Below, one piece after another: positions 24,201 through 37,100 of a DNA stretch of 64,000 nucleotides. The stretch is taken from positions 458,270-522,269 of the forward strand of contig NW_005434673.1 of the NCBI RefSeq assembly GCF_000315625.1, in the 5' to 3' direction. Position numbers and translations under genes: made by a program. A model generated the notes under the pieces. The model was not told where the DNA came from and did not search any database. It saw nothing but the letters and a program-made list of their open reading frames with translations. How positions within the stretch are numbered: position 1 is the stretch's first letter; the number at the start of each line of letters is the position of its first letter. Source of the stretch: Guillardia theta CCMP2712 (Eukaryota; Protista; Cryptophyta).

Positions 24201-27200
24201 TCAATTCATGGCAAGGTAGCTGCACACAAAAGTACTGCGAGAGGACCTACAATTAGATACATCCCAATCCGTCTGGCGGAAAGGTATCCCGGATGCGTAC
24301 ACGCACAACTCCTTATAGGAATCTAGGAATACCAAAGCCGGAAACCTGGAGAAAGTGGGAGCCTCTCCCTGGTACCAACGGAAGTCAAAACCGAGGGGTC
24401 CTCCTCCACTCCGCAAGCCGATCCACCCGAAGCTAAGCCCAAACGCTGCTGCCACATCATCGTACGTCTCAGCGTCAGGGAAGTAAGCGAGGTGTCCTTC
24501 GATTCCCAGCTCGTTGCACTTCGACTCCGCCGCTTCCCAGCTCAAATATCTGTAGGGGTAGTTCACGTAGAGAAAGTCGCCTGACTGGATACACAAACTT
24601 CCTTCCCCATTCAAAGTGACATCCGAACACGTCTGACGTGATGGCGTCGTCATGGTGCAGTCAGCTGAAGTCGAGCTCATGCATGGCACAAAAAGGCGGA
24701 ACTCCTGCAGCCCCCAGAATGTCTTTGCGTTCGATGTGTTCACCTCCCAGTAGTCATAGTCTACTCGGAGCTTCGCCTCCACATAGTCCTCCCTCGGGTT
24801 CACTCGCAACACATCAGAGACGATCCCGTCTCCTTCGCTCCACCCGCACTCCGATCCTGAGAATCTATTCGCCGGCAATGTTTGGCTCCAAACCTCCTCA
24901 CGGTTGATGTACAGTCCTACCTTGACAGGCTGGATCACGTCGATCAGCAGCACTTTGAATTGAACATACACTGAGACATGTTTGCACAATCTCGTAAAGG
25001 TCTTTTCAATGCTCGAGTGCTCGGCCAGCACGTGGAGGCCTCCCAGCACTGATCCATATGCCCCACAGCTCGTCGTCCTCTCCGTGCCTCGCCATCCCAT
25101 GCTCCCGTTTCTCTTGAAGTCATTGTCTTTCAGCTCCATCACTGTGGTGTACGTGCTGTTGGGACACAGCTGGCACCCCCCCCGAGCTGCATCGTAGAAG
25201 TATCCTGAAGGTACAGACACGTCAGTCAGCCAGCGCTGTGACGCGGCATATCATCACCAGAGTTGCACATGCAACTTGATCGACGCTGAGCTGAGAATGC
25301 CGAGTAGCTGTTAGCTGGACAGGACGAGCATGTGCTTCCCTCGCCTGTAGGACACATTATGACTCACAGGGCAAGGAGAGGAGAGGAGGAAAGGATTTTA
25401 CCGTACTCGTTGCGATTGCACGTGCATCGACAGGTTCTGATATTGCTAGAGTTGGAAGCGCTACATGTTCCGGGCGTCCCGAGGCTGAAGAAAGCTTGCC
25501 CGGTTGTGGGGTTGTAGGACGGAGCATCGGAGCTGCTATCGGCGATGTACTCGGACACCGGGAAGCTGAAGTAAGCACAGAGAGCAGACACGTCATCTTT
25601 GCTGAACAGCTGGGCTTCCTCCAGACATGACATGTTCTTCGATCCGCAGATCTGTGAGCATGACTGTCCTGGGGTGTCGCTGGCAAAGAATTCTCCTTCG
25701 TACAATTCGCACTGGTCGTTGGGGGACGTGATCAACCGCCCGTATCCTGTCGCTCTCACGCCATAACCTGCCAAGCACAAGCACTCATCTACTGTCCTGC
25801 TCCCTGCTATCGACGTGCTGTGTGCTGGACACAGTGAGCAGTTGCCAGCTGAACCGTAGCTGCCTGTATCGACTTCATCAGCCTAACACACGAGAGCTCT
25901 AGAGCTTGCTACCTGCTTCGCACATGCAGTCCAGCACAGATGAGCTTCCGTAAGGCGACATGAGGCCTGACGGGCAGCGGGAGCAGGAGGGCCCCTGGTC
26001 CAGGAAGTAGCCTACACGTCCTCTTGACGTCAGCAGGAGCTCGACGAAAAGCACCCCTACCTCCCATGCACTGGCATTGCTGAATAGAGGAGCTGCCGGA
26101 CGGCGACCAGGAGTGGGTGGGGCACAAGTTGCAGGAAGCTTGGGGGCCCCAGGCAACTTGGGTGGAGTTGATGTAGAGGAAGCGTCCTGGTACAGCTTCA
26201 GATGATGCAGCTAGTAAGGCGGACCACCTTGTTCGCAGGAGCAGTCGTGGATGGTAGAGCTGGCGGGTGAGGAGTGAGAGAAGAAGGGACATCGAAAGCA
26301 GTTGTCCCCTTCCCCTGCATCAGCCTCCAACGTCAGAGCCCAGTACACCTCCAGCACCTGCTACCGTAGAAGTCCTCTAGGCATGGCGCTGCACACACGC
26401 ACACGCGGCTTGCTCCGAACATGCTGGCTTCGCACGTCGACGGAGAGCTTGAAGAATGGAAGTAGCAACCTTCAGCTGACACGTGGGGAGAGATGATGTA
26501 GTTTCCACCGCTCACAACCTCGCAGGAGAGGTTTAGCGTCTGGTTGTAGGGAGCACTGCTACCAGAAGACAGCATGTGCATCATGTGAGCTGACACAGCT
26601 CTTATCTCGTCCTCCCGCAGCGCTCCTCGCCAGATCGCAACCTCACTCAACGCCCAGTCCGAGCTCTCGGGGATGAAGCCGTCGATAGCATCCAAACCAA
26701 CCTCATTGATGCTGAGCTGCAAGTTGCCCAGCAGACCTTCAGCTGACCCAACATAATCGACACCATTCAGGAAAAACTTGCCATACTTGTGGTTTTGTCC
26801 GCACAACACCACCCAAGCGTCTGCTGAGTTGCTCAGGTCCTGCTTCAGGTTCCAAGAGCCGTCGTAGAAGGCTTGTCCTCGTCCTCCGTTCCAATGCCCG
26901 TGCAGGAAGTTACTGCTCGATGCCTGCAGGACTCTGTTCCTTATGCCGCCGTTGTACCTGGAGATGGAGCAGAGGGTGAAGACAGGGCTTGGGATACTGG
27001 AAGGGGGAAAGATAACGACATCATTGGTAGAGCCGTTGACGTACTTAAGCTCGCCATCCGACATGACGCTCAGAGGCTCTTCGATTTCCTTCATCTCCCC
27101 GACCGAAATCCTCCACGAGGGTCCATAAAAGGAAGCGGAATCGATTCTTGCCGAAGAGGTATAGATGGGACCAATGCGGATACCATCAGCCGTAGCTTCT

Positions 27201-29677
27201 TCCATGGGAAGCTCAACTCTTAAGTGAATCTGCTGTAATGGTCGAAACACTCCTGTATGAGTATCGTAGAAGTTATATCGTCTTCCCGCAAGCCTCATGT
27301 AACATTCTTTCGCTTGATCGCTGCTTCGAGCATTATCCACAGTCACACTAATCGTAACTCTTCTCGAGCCCTTCAGCTCTGTCGGTATTTCCACATACAT
27401 GTACTGCGAGATCCAAATATTCCAAACAGAACCTGTTGGAATCACAAGGAACTTTGTGACCCCGTGCTCCACGTATCGTCGATGTCGCACGTGCCCGCTA
27501 TTTGCTGTCAGGTCCTGCAGTGCATTTCCTCCTGCCCCATGCGCTCCCGCGCTCATCCGGAAGTGAAGGGCCCCCGGTCTCTTCTGCGGCTCCGTCATCG
27601 CTCCTCGGATTCGTCGATCGGATGCGATGCTCGCTGCTCTCATGGCTGATTGCATCGTCTCCTCATCGACTATCTGGTTGATCGCTGAGCTCACGCACGT
27701 CTTCCCTTCTGCCGCACATGTCTCAGCGCACGACATGCCCGAGGCTCCGAGCCTGAACCATCGCGACTGCTCCTCGACGTTGGAGAAGATGGGCTTGCAG
27801 CTGTCTGAAGAATTTGAGATGATCCCAGAGAAACCTACGGATAAATCTCGTCAGTCCCTACGCACAAGAGGAGGGGCCTCACCGTACTGGCACTTGCAGT
27901 CCGAGACCTGCTGGCTTCCTGCAAGTGACGACGATCCTGGAGGACAGGACGTGCAGTTGCGAGATACTGAGCCGTAGTAGCCGGGGGCGCATAAGCTGCA
28001 AGTTGTCTGGCCGGGCTCCGAGGTGTAGTGACCCGTGCGGCAGGAGATGCAAGAGCTTGAAGGTGACATTATGTCCAGGTAGAAACCTGCTCTGAAAAGT
28101 TAGAAATACTGTTTCATGCAGCCTTGTCAGTTGTATCACCCAAGCTGCATAAGCATTGGAAACTTCCTTCTGTGTTGACGCATGTTGTCGTTGCTGCATC
28201 GCACAATCCTGACTTTGTCACACACTCATCTTCATCCTCACACATGGTGCCGGAACCCAAGTACCCTGCGGTGCTTTGTCTCAACCCGTTCACTTCTCGC
28301 ACAGAGGCAGCAGCTCACCTTCCTTGCAGATGCACTCAAAGCTCGCATACGTATCAATGCATCTCGCATGGGTCGCGCAATTGTCAGTGTGCATGGCGCA
28401 CTCGTTGATCAGGGTGTAGTTACAGCCCGACGCTCCCGTGCATGCTTGGAAGGTCCTTGGCTTCGACCCCTCGCACATTCCGTCCTCCACCTCCACCCCG
28501 TCTGACCGTATGCATATCACCGACCGGTACTGCAAGCCGGAGCCGCAGGTGCTAGAGCATGATTCCCAAGCTGACGTACTCCAGCGGTAGGAGCAGGAGG
28601 AGAAGTCGATGCAAGGCTGGTGCGCGAGATCAGAGAAAGAAAGGAGATGAGCGTAGCTTACCTCCTCCTCGACTGGAGTTGAGCCAAGACATTTGGTCCA
28701 ATCCATGCTCATACTATCACTTCTTCGACATGCAATGGAGCGACGCCGGTAGCCTGGCCCGCAGGCAGAGAGACACTCGCTGTAGGCTCCGATGTCCCAC
28801 TCGTAGGAACACTGGGAGAAGTTGAGGCAGGGAACCTCCGCCAGAGGCTTCGAGCGGTTGGAGCAGTGGAAGTCTTCGACTGGTGCCTGCAGCTTGGAGA
28901 TGCATGTGATGCTTCTCCTCGCCACTCCGCTGCCGCACAAGCTGCTGCACTCGCTGAACCTGCTGGCGCTCCACAGGTAGCCGGGCTCGAGGTAGTACCT
29001 GTCCAGCAGCAGCTGCACGTCCGTTTGGTTTAAACAAGAACCCCCGCATCCCCCTGAGCGGATCTGCTGCTGGAGGGCCTTGAGCTGAGTGAGGATTTGA
29101 GAGATGGCGAGGTCGGGCTGGAACGGCTCGGGCTGACGGGCAATACTGTCAATGCACACCGAGAGATTCGTTCAGCTCACCGTGGTCAAAAGCAGTTGAG
29201 AGTCTAGCCCCCAGGGCAAGAAGACTTCCTGTACTTCGTCGAAGACAAAGCACATGGCATCTCCTGCCTCTTGCACACAACGATTTTCGTAGTCGCATAC
29301 CCACACCTCGTACCTGCATCCATGGGAGTGAGGCGCCTCTTTCGCAGTTGAGGAGGAATCAACCTTCCCCTCTGCATGAGAAGGCCCAGGCCACCGATTT
29401 TCATCCTTCCGGTGGCTTCTTTGTGGATTATGTCAGACCAATTGTATGGGAGGGAGCAGCGAACTGAGCTGGAGGTGAGGTTACCCCACGGCAGCTGAGG
29501 AAGAGAGGCAAAGGAGGCGTTGAGGCTCTTCAGCGTCTCAAGGGAAGCAGAGAGCTCCTTCTTCAGACTTCGGATCTCCATCTCAAGTTCTCGCATGGTC
29601 AACTGTTCATCTTGAGTCTTCATAGCAGAGCCAGGATGGGGGAGGGAGATCGCAAGGAGCACGAGAGACAGCAACAT
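24201..29677 (-). CDS. Large secreted mosaic protein: signal peptide, coiled-coil, ADAMTS-type TSP1 repeats, Ca-binding EGF, GCC2/GCC3-like Cys repeats, LamG-like module, C-type lectin
   Basis: MLLSLVLLAISLPHPGSA; WSTSAWESCSSTCGSGLQYRSVIC (TSP1 x3); INECAMHTDNCATHARCIDTYASFECIC and DEDECVT...CVNTEGSFQC (EGF_CA); CTSCPPGSSSLAGSQQVSDCKC repeats; SDWALSEVAIWRGALREDEI (LamG-like); LSWEAAESKC...WIGL...WDVSNCRSSRSTFVC (C-type lectin); could be two genes. Confidence 0.8.
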
Positions 29678-29864
29678 TGTTGTAAACTTTCCTTTATTGA
29701 CTGAACTGAGCAAGGTGGGGAGCTGGATTCTACTAACCCCTCCTTCGAGGTTCATTTGCCAGAGGAAATAGGGGGTAGGGCGTGATTCCCGGAAAAATTT
29801 CTGGAGGATCAGGCAACAAATCCGCAAAAACAGCTGGAGTACTTTTATTATAAAGTCTACTTGA

Positions 29865-30055
29865 AGGCCCGTTTCCCGCCGGCTCCCAGTTTCTTACTTT
29901 TAGCTTCTGACTTGATTCGAAGTAATTTGAAAATTTCCTCGAAAGATTCACCGGTACTTAATGGTTATTGATGAGGGGTGGAGAATTTAACTTATGTTTG
30001 TTACCGGAAAAACTGGAAACTGGAAACTAGTAGGGAGCCGGCGGGAAACGCCCCT
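29865..30055. mobile_element. MITE-like element with 18-bp perfect inverted repeats
   Basis: CGTTTCCCGCCGGCTCCC (29870-29887) and GGGAGCCGGCGGGAAACG (30033-30050) around an AT-rich non-coding core; no clear target-site duplication. Confidence 0.55.
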
Positions 30056-30374
30056 CTAAAACTTATGAGCGGGTTATTATCAATTTCCTGTGCTATAGAC
30101 GAAACTACTGACAAAAGTCTAACACCTGTAGAGTTAATTCAAGTAGGGGTGGTATGGCATCGCAGGAGAGTTGCACCGGTGTGGAAATTCTAAACTGGTG
30201 GGGTGGTAATTGAGGAACGCAATGGAAGGCAAAGGGGTGGATCGGAATTTAGGGGGTGGGGGTGGGGAATGTGAAGAAGAAGCAGTGGGCCATGCGCGTC
30301 TGTGTATGCGGAAGTTCCAGCAGCTCGACGCCTAAGGCTTATCTTGACGCCAGCAAGGAGCTGGGAAGGTGATA

Positions 30375-31267
30375 ATGTCGACCATTTCTGAGTCTTTCTC
30401 GTGCGTCTCTTGCTGTGCCAAGTGTTGTGCTGCGCTCTTCTATGGAAGTTCCATGCACGCTGCTTAACAATCATTCCATTCGTCAAAGTGAAGAGTTCCG
30501 TGATGTATACCTCGATGGTTACATGCCATGTATTATTGTCATTTCCAGGCAAAGATATTGATTCCCAGATTCATTTTTGTCTGAGATAACTAAATCTATT
30601 TTACATCTGATCACCCAAATTATTATGTTTCAGGTTGTTGGCAGAGAGGGGACACATCTGTGTCAACGGGGGAGGTAAAACAGGCTGCATGGGAGCGCTC
30701 AACGATGGATGCATCCATGCTGGCGGGACCACAATTGGCGTAATACACGAGATGTTTGTTGTGGATGGCGAAGAACACACAGGGTTGACGCAGATGATCG
30801 TTGCCCGCGGTGATTGCCTGGCAGAGCGAAAGAAATTACTGGTAGAGGGTGCCGATTGTGTCATTGCACTGCCAGGAGGTGTGGGTACGTGGGATGAACT
30901 TTGGGAAGTTGTTGCAGAGGTCTCTTTAGGGTTCAAGAACATCCCGATCGTTGTGATCAACACGAATGGCTTTTACGACAGCTTCAAAGCGATGCTTGCC
31001 AAGGCCATGGAGGACAAGTTGATTTACAAGGGCCCTGAGACTCTTGTTCGCTTTGAGTCAAGTGTAGTGGCAGCACTGAACTTTGCTGAGAGGATGCACG
31101 TCGCAAACAAAGACGGGCTGAGTGGAAAGACTTCTTCCAGTGGAAGAAAGGAGCACAGAACCACCAAGGCTGAGCAGGGCACAGCTTATCCTTTTGTTGC
31201 TGGACTCCTCTTCGGTACGATCACCCTCCTGCTAGTCCAAAGCAAGCTCGGACTGTTACGGGTTTGA
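30375..31267 (+). CDS. LOG: LOG (Lonely Guy) family phosphoribohydrolase with a C-terminal hydrophobic tail
   Basis: LFYGSS in a 5' exon; NGGGKTGCMGA; ERKKLL; ALPGGVGTWDELWE (PGGxGTxxE); PIVVINTNGFYD. Confidence 0.88.
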
Positions 31268-32114
31268 TTCAAGATCTGCCACGGTTAGTCACAGATTTTC
31301 TTTGCCAGTTGTTTTCACTGTCAAGCCATGTTAGCTCTCACCAGACAGCTCGAAGTTTTACCGTGGACAGTCAGTGGCCTCGGGGCAGTTCCCGCTCAGT
31401 TCTCTTCTCTGATTTTGTTTCTTCTAAAATAAACTTAAGACTGTGACTTGTTTGATCTTTAGATCGGACCCGCCCGGCCCGCCGGGGCCGCGCGCGGCCC
31501 GGCACCGTATAGTACCGGCGGTACCGTAGGCTGCAGTCGCGGCGGCCGGGCACTGCACGACGGTACTCAGGTGTCACGTTCAACTTGGCAACTTGAACGG
31601 TTACAATGATCAAGTTGCAGCCCGGCACCCGGTCACCGTCCCGAGTCCGAACCGTTCGGAACCGTGCCGGCGGCGGTGCCAAAAGGCGGCGTGGGCCCCG
31701 GCCGCCCGGCCGCCCCGGGCGGGCGGGCCTCCGGTCGGAGGCTGAGTCCGATCCGACTCGCCTCAGCCTCCCGGAGCCTCCGAGTCCGCTCAGGCTATCG
31801 GGCCTCCGAGGCTGACGGTCCGATCCGAGCCTCCCGGAGCCGGCGAGTCCGCTCGGGCTATCGGCCCGGGGTTCGGCCCGGGTACCGGCGGTCGCCGCCG
31901 TCCGGCGATCAGTGCAAGTATCGGGCCCGGGGCCCTTCTCGGAAGTTCAAGGGTTGCCGCCGCCGCCGGTCACGGTTACCGGAGACTCCTGTAGGGAGAC
32001 TGGCAGCAGGGGGCATCTTGTTACAAGGACGAAGGAGTGCAGCGGTGGTTCCGAAGTGTGACAGCTTCGAAGACAGACGTCATGCTGCAGAGAGCCGTTG
32101 GTAGCATTTTTGCG

Positions 32115-32799
32115 ATGACAGGAAGCGGGAAAAGGGGAGCAAAAGGCTTCCAGGCAACCTGTGTACATTTTCAGAGGCGTTTCGCTGGCTCTTGTGCCAA
32201 GTCAACGTGCCATGGCGTTGACTTCGACACACGGATCGAAGTAGGTGGGACAGGTACATGATCGCATGGTGATCAAGGGCGTCTTGCAAACTTCTGACAA
32301 CTTGGCACCTTGCTGTGTGTGCCTCTACAGTGATTCATTCGAACATGCCTCATGATGACGGAAAGTCCCCACGCACTTCGCCATCTCCAAAGGTGTGAGA
32401 AACTAAGACCGTTGGCTTGCCTTGTAATGCCTGGCAGGACCTCGTCATGGCAGGGTTGGCAGCGTGCACGAGCATGACGTTGCAGACAAGGGCAAGAACA
32501 ATGATAGAGTCCGGAAAGATGGAAAGGGGGAGCTTCAAGAGGGTGAGTTGCATGCTGACAAGCAGAGCATGAAAGTAGCTCACAAATCGGCGCAGATAGA
32601 TGTGCATGCCTATGATAGCACTCCGCAAGGCAAGCACATGCCAACACGGTCATCTTACAGGGGGGAAACGGAGAGTGTGGCTGATTGGGCAGCGCAGGGT
32701 GAATCTCAAGATCTGCGTGACCGGGAGCTTATCTGCAGCTCAAAGGCGGCAACTCCTTGCAGCTGCAGATATGTGGTGAGGAGACACGCTAGAATGTAA
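32115..32799 (+). CDS. Possible hypothetical multi-exon gene
   Basis: Hydrophilic open frame 32464-32799 and plausible splice sites; weak support. Confidence 0.3.
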
Positions 32800-33125
32800 A
32801 GAGGTTGAACCTCACCTCTTATTGCAGTCCAGTCAAACAGATGCTCAAGGGGAAGGTGGAGGAGGGAATCGAAGTTGAAGTTGTAGTTGAGGAGGAGACG
32901 GGCACGAGCTGATTGTGCGAAATTTGACATTTCATCTTGGCTTGAATTCAATGATCACTTCATTACATGCTGTATGCCTTTTGAACCTTTCTCATCTTGC
33001 AATTGAACCTCTCTCATCTAATACATATTTACACACCGCGTAACAACAATCACGTTAAGTCGAACATGTCTGAGTATTCTACACTTTCAACAGGATGGAT
33101 GGGGTCAGATTCATGTGTTGAACCA

Positions 33126-34208
33126 TCACCCATCGAGCTCCATCATGAACATCTCTTCTTCAAACCTACTGCATGATCTACTACGTGCTCCCTTTTTCAT
33201 ACCGGGCAAGAATGCATTCGGAACCACGTCGTCAAGAAGGTCGAAGTTGTCCTCTGGAGACAGCATGCCATCCTCCAGTGAAGAAGGCAAGTCATCAACA
33301 TCCAGTGTGCTGTCATAGCTCGGTGTGCCGTTTTCCTCGTCAGCCCACCCGTCGGCTGGTTCGAGGTGTACTATGATCCCATAGCAATCGTGAACTGAAT
33401 GAATCCTATAGGGGACGCACGAGCTTTGGATCAACATGGCATATCCCTGACCTCCAACAGGGAAGTTCATGGTCATGATCTGTCCATCTCCCTGCTTCAA
33501 TTGAACTTCGACAGACTGCTCTCCCTGCATCTCATCTGAAAGTATTATGATGCATGTGAATCCTGCCTTGTCAATTTGCCAATCATCGCTTGCTATTTCG
33601 CCCTTGCCTATCCTTCTGATCTTAGTTGAGATTCCTAGGGATGAATCATGTACGACGACTGGCACCTGATCATGTTTAATGTCACTTACAAAATTCGAAC
33701 AAATTTTCACATTGCTCACGTCAATCATTCGATTTATGAGGTTTGAGAATGTATCAGAGCTCCATAGATCGCAAAGATTGAGAGAGCAATGATAAAACTC
33801 GGATTTGGCGGAGTCAGAATTCATTTCGAGTATGAGCTGCAATGCAAGCTTCAGAAACAATTTGTGATACTACATGGGGAGTTCAATAAAGCATAGCAGA
33901 AAAAAATTACCTCGTTTCTGACTGCTTGGCAAAATTGATAATTTAGCATGGGAAATGGGTCTGAGCAGGCAAATGACGAACACCAAGCTGTTGCCTTCTT
34001 ACCATATCCTAAATCCTGTCAAATTTGCTTTCTGTTAGCGCAAACCTGTGAACATGGAAACACCAACATGGCAACCGACATGCGCAAAGACATCAGATCA
34101 CACCAAGACATACCGAGAGTGTGTGTGATGAAAGAGGCCCTTGCATGGCTGCTTCAAATGCGCTCTTCGACATTGCGCGCACGACTCCTCCACGCCCTGG
34201 CGACGCCA
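33126..34208 (-). CDS. Hypothetical protein, possibly a degenerate 2OG-Fe(II) oxygenase-like fold
   Basis: Terminal open frame of 244 aa plus short 5' exons from MASPGRGG (34208). Confidence 0.55.
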
Positions 34209-35479
34209 TAGCCAACGACGGCTCGTATGGTGATGAGGAGATAAGTACCCTCGGACTGAAGGGGTGGGGGTGACACTATACCCAATATTACGACTGCAAG
34301 TTACAGACATTTGTATGGGTAGGGGTACCCTGAGTAGGGGTGTGTGTTTTCAGCCCATTGACTGAAGGGGACACTGAACTTACCACCCGTACGTTTTACA
34401 TATATTTGAAGGGGTGATTGACTCCACCCTACCCGTCATGCTCCACCCTACCCCCAGGTACTTGTTCTGTACTTTTGCAGCCCTCATCCTGTGACCCTGG
34501 TAAGCGCTCGATGCCAATGAAGAGGGGTAGGGGGTATGAATGCAGGGGTTTTAAATGCTATTCCTGGGGGGGGTGATGATTAGCATCGCAAGGGTACTTA
34601 CGCTGCAATCGTGATATCCAGGGGTGGAGATTATAAAGGTGTGAATTAAAAGGGGTACCTGGGGTTATATTCCCCATTCTTGGTGGGGGTAGGTCGAGTA
34701 AAGTGCACGAAGCCCGAAGGAAGGTAATAAAGGCGTAGTTACCCACCCCCACCCCCAGGCCTATTCCCAGAACCCATGAAGTCCATTCAAATGATCACCC
34801 CCTCTTCCTCCTTTCTTTGAACCCCTTTCTCAAGGAGAAACCGTGATTACTACCACCCTACCCCTGAGAACCCTGGACCTCGGGCGGGCCGTAGGGGAAC
34901 ATTAGCTGCGATGTGACCCGAGGCTAAAATAAAAATGATTTAATATCCACCGTGCCGTGGCGGGCCGCTACAGTACCGGAGTCCGGCCGGCGGCTTGGCC
35001 GGGCCCGGGGGGGCGGTTCAAGTCAAGTTAGTTAGGCTCGCCTCGGGCCGGGCCTCGCCTCGTGGACGGACTCGACTCTCATGTTATAGTAATGGTACGG
35101 CCCCCGGGAGTGGATGCCAGATGATTGAATACTATCATCGGATACAGGCCGTCGGCAACTAATAAGCCCGGCCGGGCCTTATGTTAGGCGGGAACATAGA
35201 AACTTTGCAGGGAAGAAACAAGAGCCTCCATCATCATGGCATCAAAACTTAAGCAAAGGTTGTGTGTTCATAAGGTTGAACCGTGCGACATATTTTTTAT
35301 TAAGCCCGTAGGCCCAGTGTCCCCGGCCGGCGGGGCCCCGCGGCGGCGGCCCGTCCGATCACCGCCGGGCCGGTGCCAGCCGCGCCAGAGTGACGCCGGC
35401 GCCGGCCCAGCCTGAGTCCGGGCCCGTCTCAGCGGCCGCCGAGCCGGGCACCGTTGAAGTTCAGTATTACACAGTATCA

Positions 35480-37100
35480 AGCCTTGATGATTCAGTTTGT
35501 TTCTGTCTGCTGTTTCACAGTGTTCACACCGACCGCGGTGCTGGCACTCGGAGTAGCAGTGATCCCCAGGAGGCCACAGGCAGCTCCCCAGAAAATTGAG
35601 ACTCCGAGCTCGAAGCTGGTAAGACCGACGCAAGTCACGAATCACCAAGTTGAACTCAAGCTGAAGAACACCTGTAGCGCGAGAAGAAGGAACGAAAGCT
35701 TCCAGACTTCTTCTTGCCATCCTCAGCCCCTGCGAAGCAAGTCGGAGCCAGTAAGAGATGCGTTTGCCTTGGCCCCGCAGCTTTACCAACTCCCTTCACT
35801 CTGGCAAAGTCCAGCTTCCATCCGCGGCGCTCAGCAATCTTCCTCAGCCTTGAGCCCGGGCGGACTACGTACGCCTCTGAGACCTGGATCATCTCAGCTC
35901 CTGAAATCCGGCACAGCAACCAGTATCCTTGTCACCTCCTCCAAGAACGGCACGTCATACATCGAGTTTCCCACGCCCGTCGTCCCCCTGAGGGTTAGAC
36001 CTATGGGTCCAGCCTGAGTTGGGAGGAGCCGCCAGGGAGTCTATACCTGATCCTTTCAAGTTGCTGGGGAGATGCTCGAGCAGCTTCTGCCTCTTCCTCT
36101 CCAGCACGCACACGTCCCCCAAGACGTTTCCAGTATACCTCCCGTTCTTGATCTCCATCCTTGTTGCGATGACAGAGCATCTTGAAGAGGCGGAGAGGGC
36201 ATCAGACCACAATCCATGTCACGCTCTCCACAGGTAACTCTCACCCCAAGTCGTGTGCCAGGGACTCTATCATGGGTTCAACATTGCCGGATAGCAGGAA
36301 GACTTTCCTTCCAGCTCCTTGCTGGGCCCTAGACGAGACTTTCAGCGACATACCCTGAGGGCAGCATGTGCGGATCAACCGCAAGTGCTCGAGAACTTGA
36401 GGGTATGCGCGAGACATAATTCCCGATGCGACCTGTGGCATCCATCGATGAGTATTGGAGTTCAACCGCGTTTCCCTCCTCACGATCTTGGAGGCCAAGG
36501 AAGCGTCCTGCTGTGTGACCCCTCTGAGGATGATCCCTACAAGAAGTTGATCAGCCTGTGGCTTCTTCTCGTCCGGCCATGAAGCGCCTGACCGGCAAGG
36601 AGCCTCGCAGCCTTCGCTTCATCGAAGAGGGCGAGGATGCCGATGAAGGGAATTGTAAGACATATCTGCGACCGTCTTCGCTCAATCGCTGTTGCCCGGC
36701 ACTTGACATGTTCACCTGAAACCTCTTGATCGCTCTCTGCCTCGGATGCGGGAGAGCTCCGACAAACCACCAGGCGCAGTGCCCCATGGTTCCATGGTAC
36801 AACTTGAATGAGTCGTTACATCGAGATAATTTGGGGCGGGGGGGGCGTTACTGTGCCGTCGACGTCGTAGTAGCAGTTTCCTCTGTGCTCCTGGGAGCCT
36901 CCACGGAGATGGAGAGATGTTGGTGCAGACAGCCTCCTCCTCGACTGATGGCTGGGTCAGGAGAGGGCGACTAGCAAGCTGTAAAAATTTATCTGCATAC
37001 CAGCGCGCTCCCAGACAACAATCCAGCGCTGCTGAGGATCTAGATGAGGGTGAGAGGCAGGTTACCAACCCCTGGCAATTTTACCTTGCATCTGCTGTTG
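35480..37100 (-). CDS. HAD-superfamily subfamily IB (phosphoserine-phosphatase-like) hydrolase
   Basis: Motif I CYYDVDGT (about 36855-36878), motif II VFLLSGN, IATRMEIKNGRYTG...K, motif IV GNSMYDVPFLE, AYVVRPGSRLRKIAERRGW; ends approximate. Confidence 0.82.

Noticed and set aside
31606-32104. Arg/Pro/Gly-rich ORFs
   Set aside because: They lie in a CCGG-rich intergenic block with a local 63-bp duplication; stop codons are scarce because of base composition
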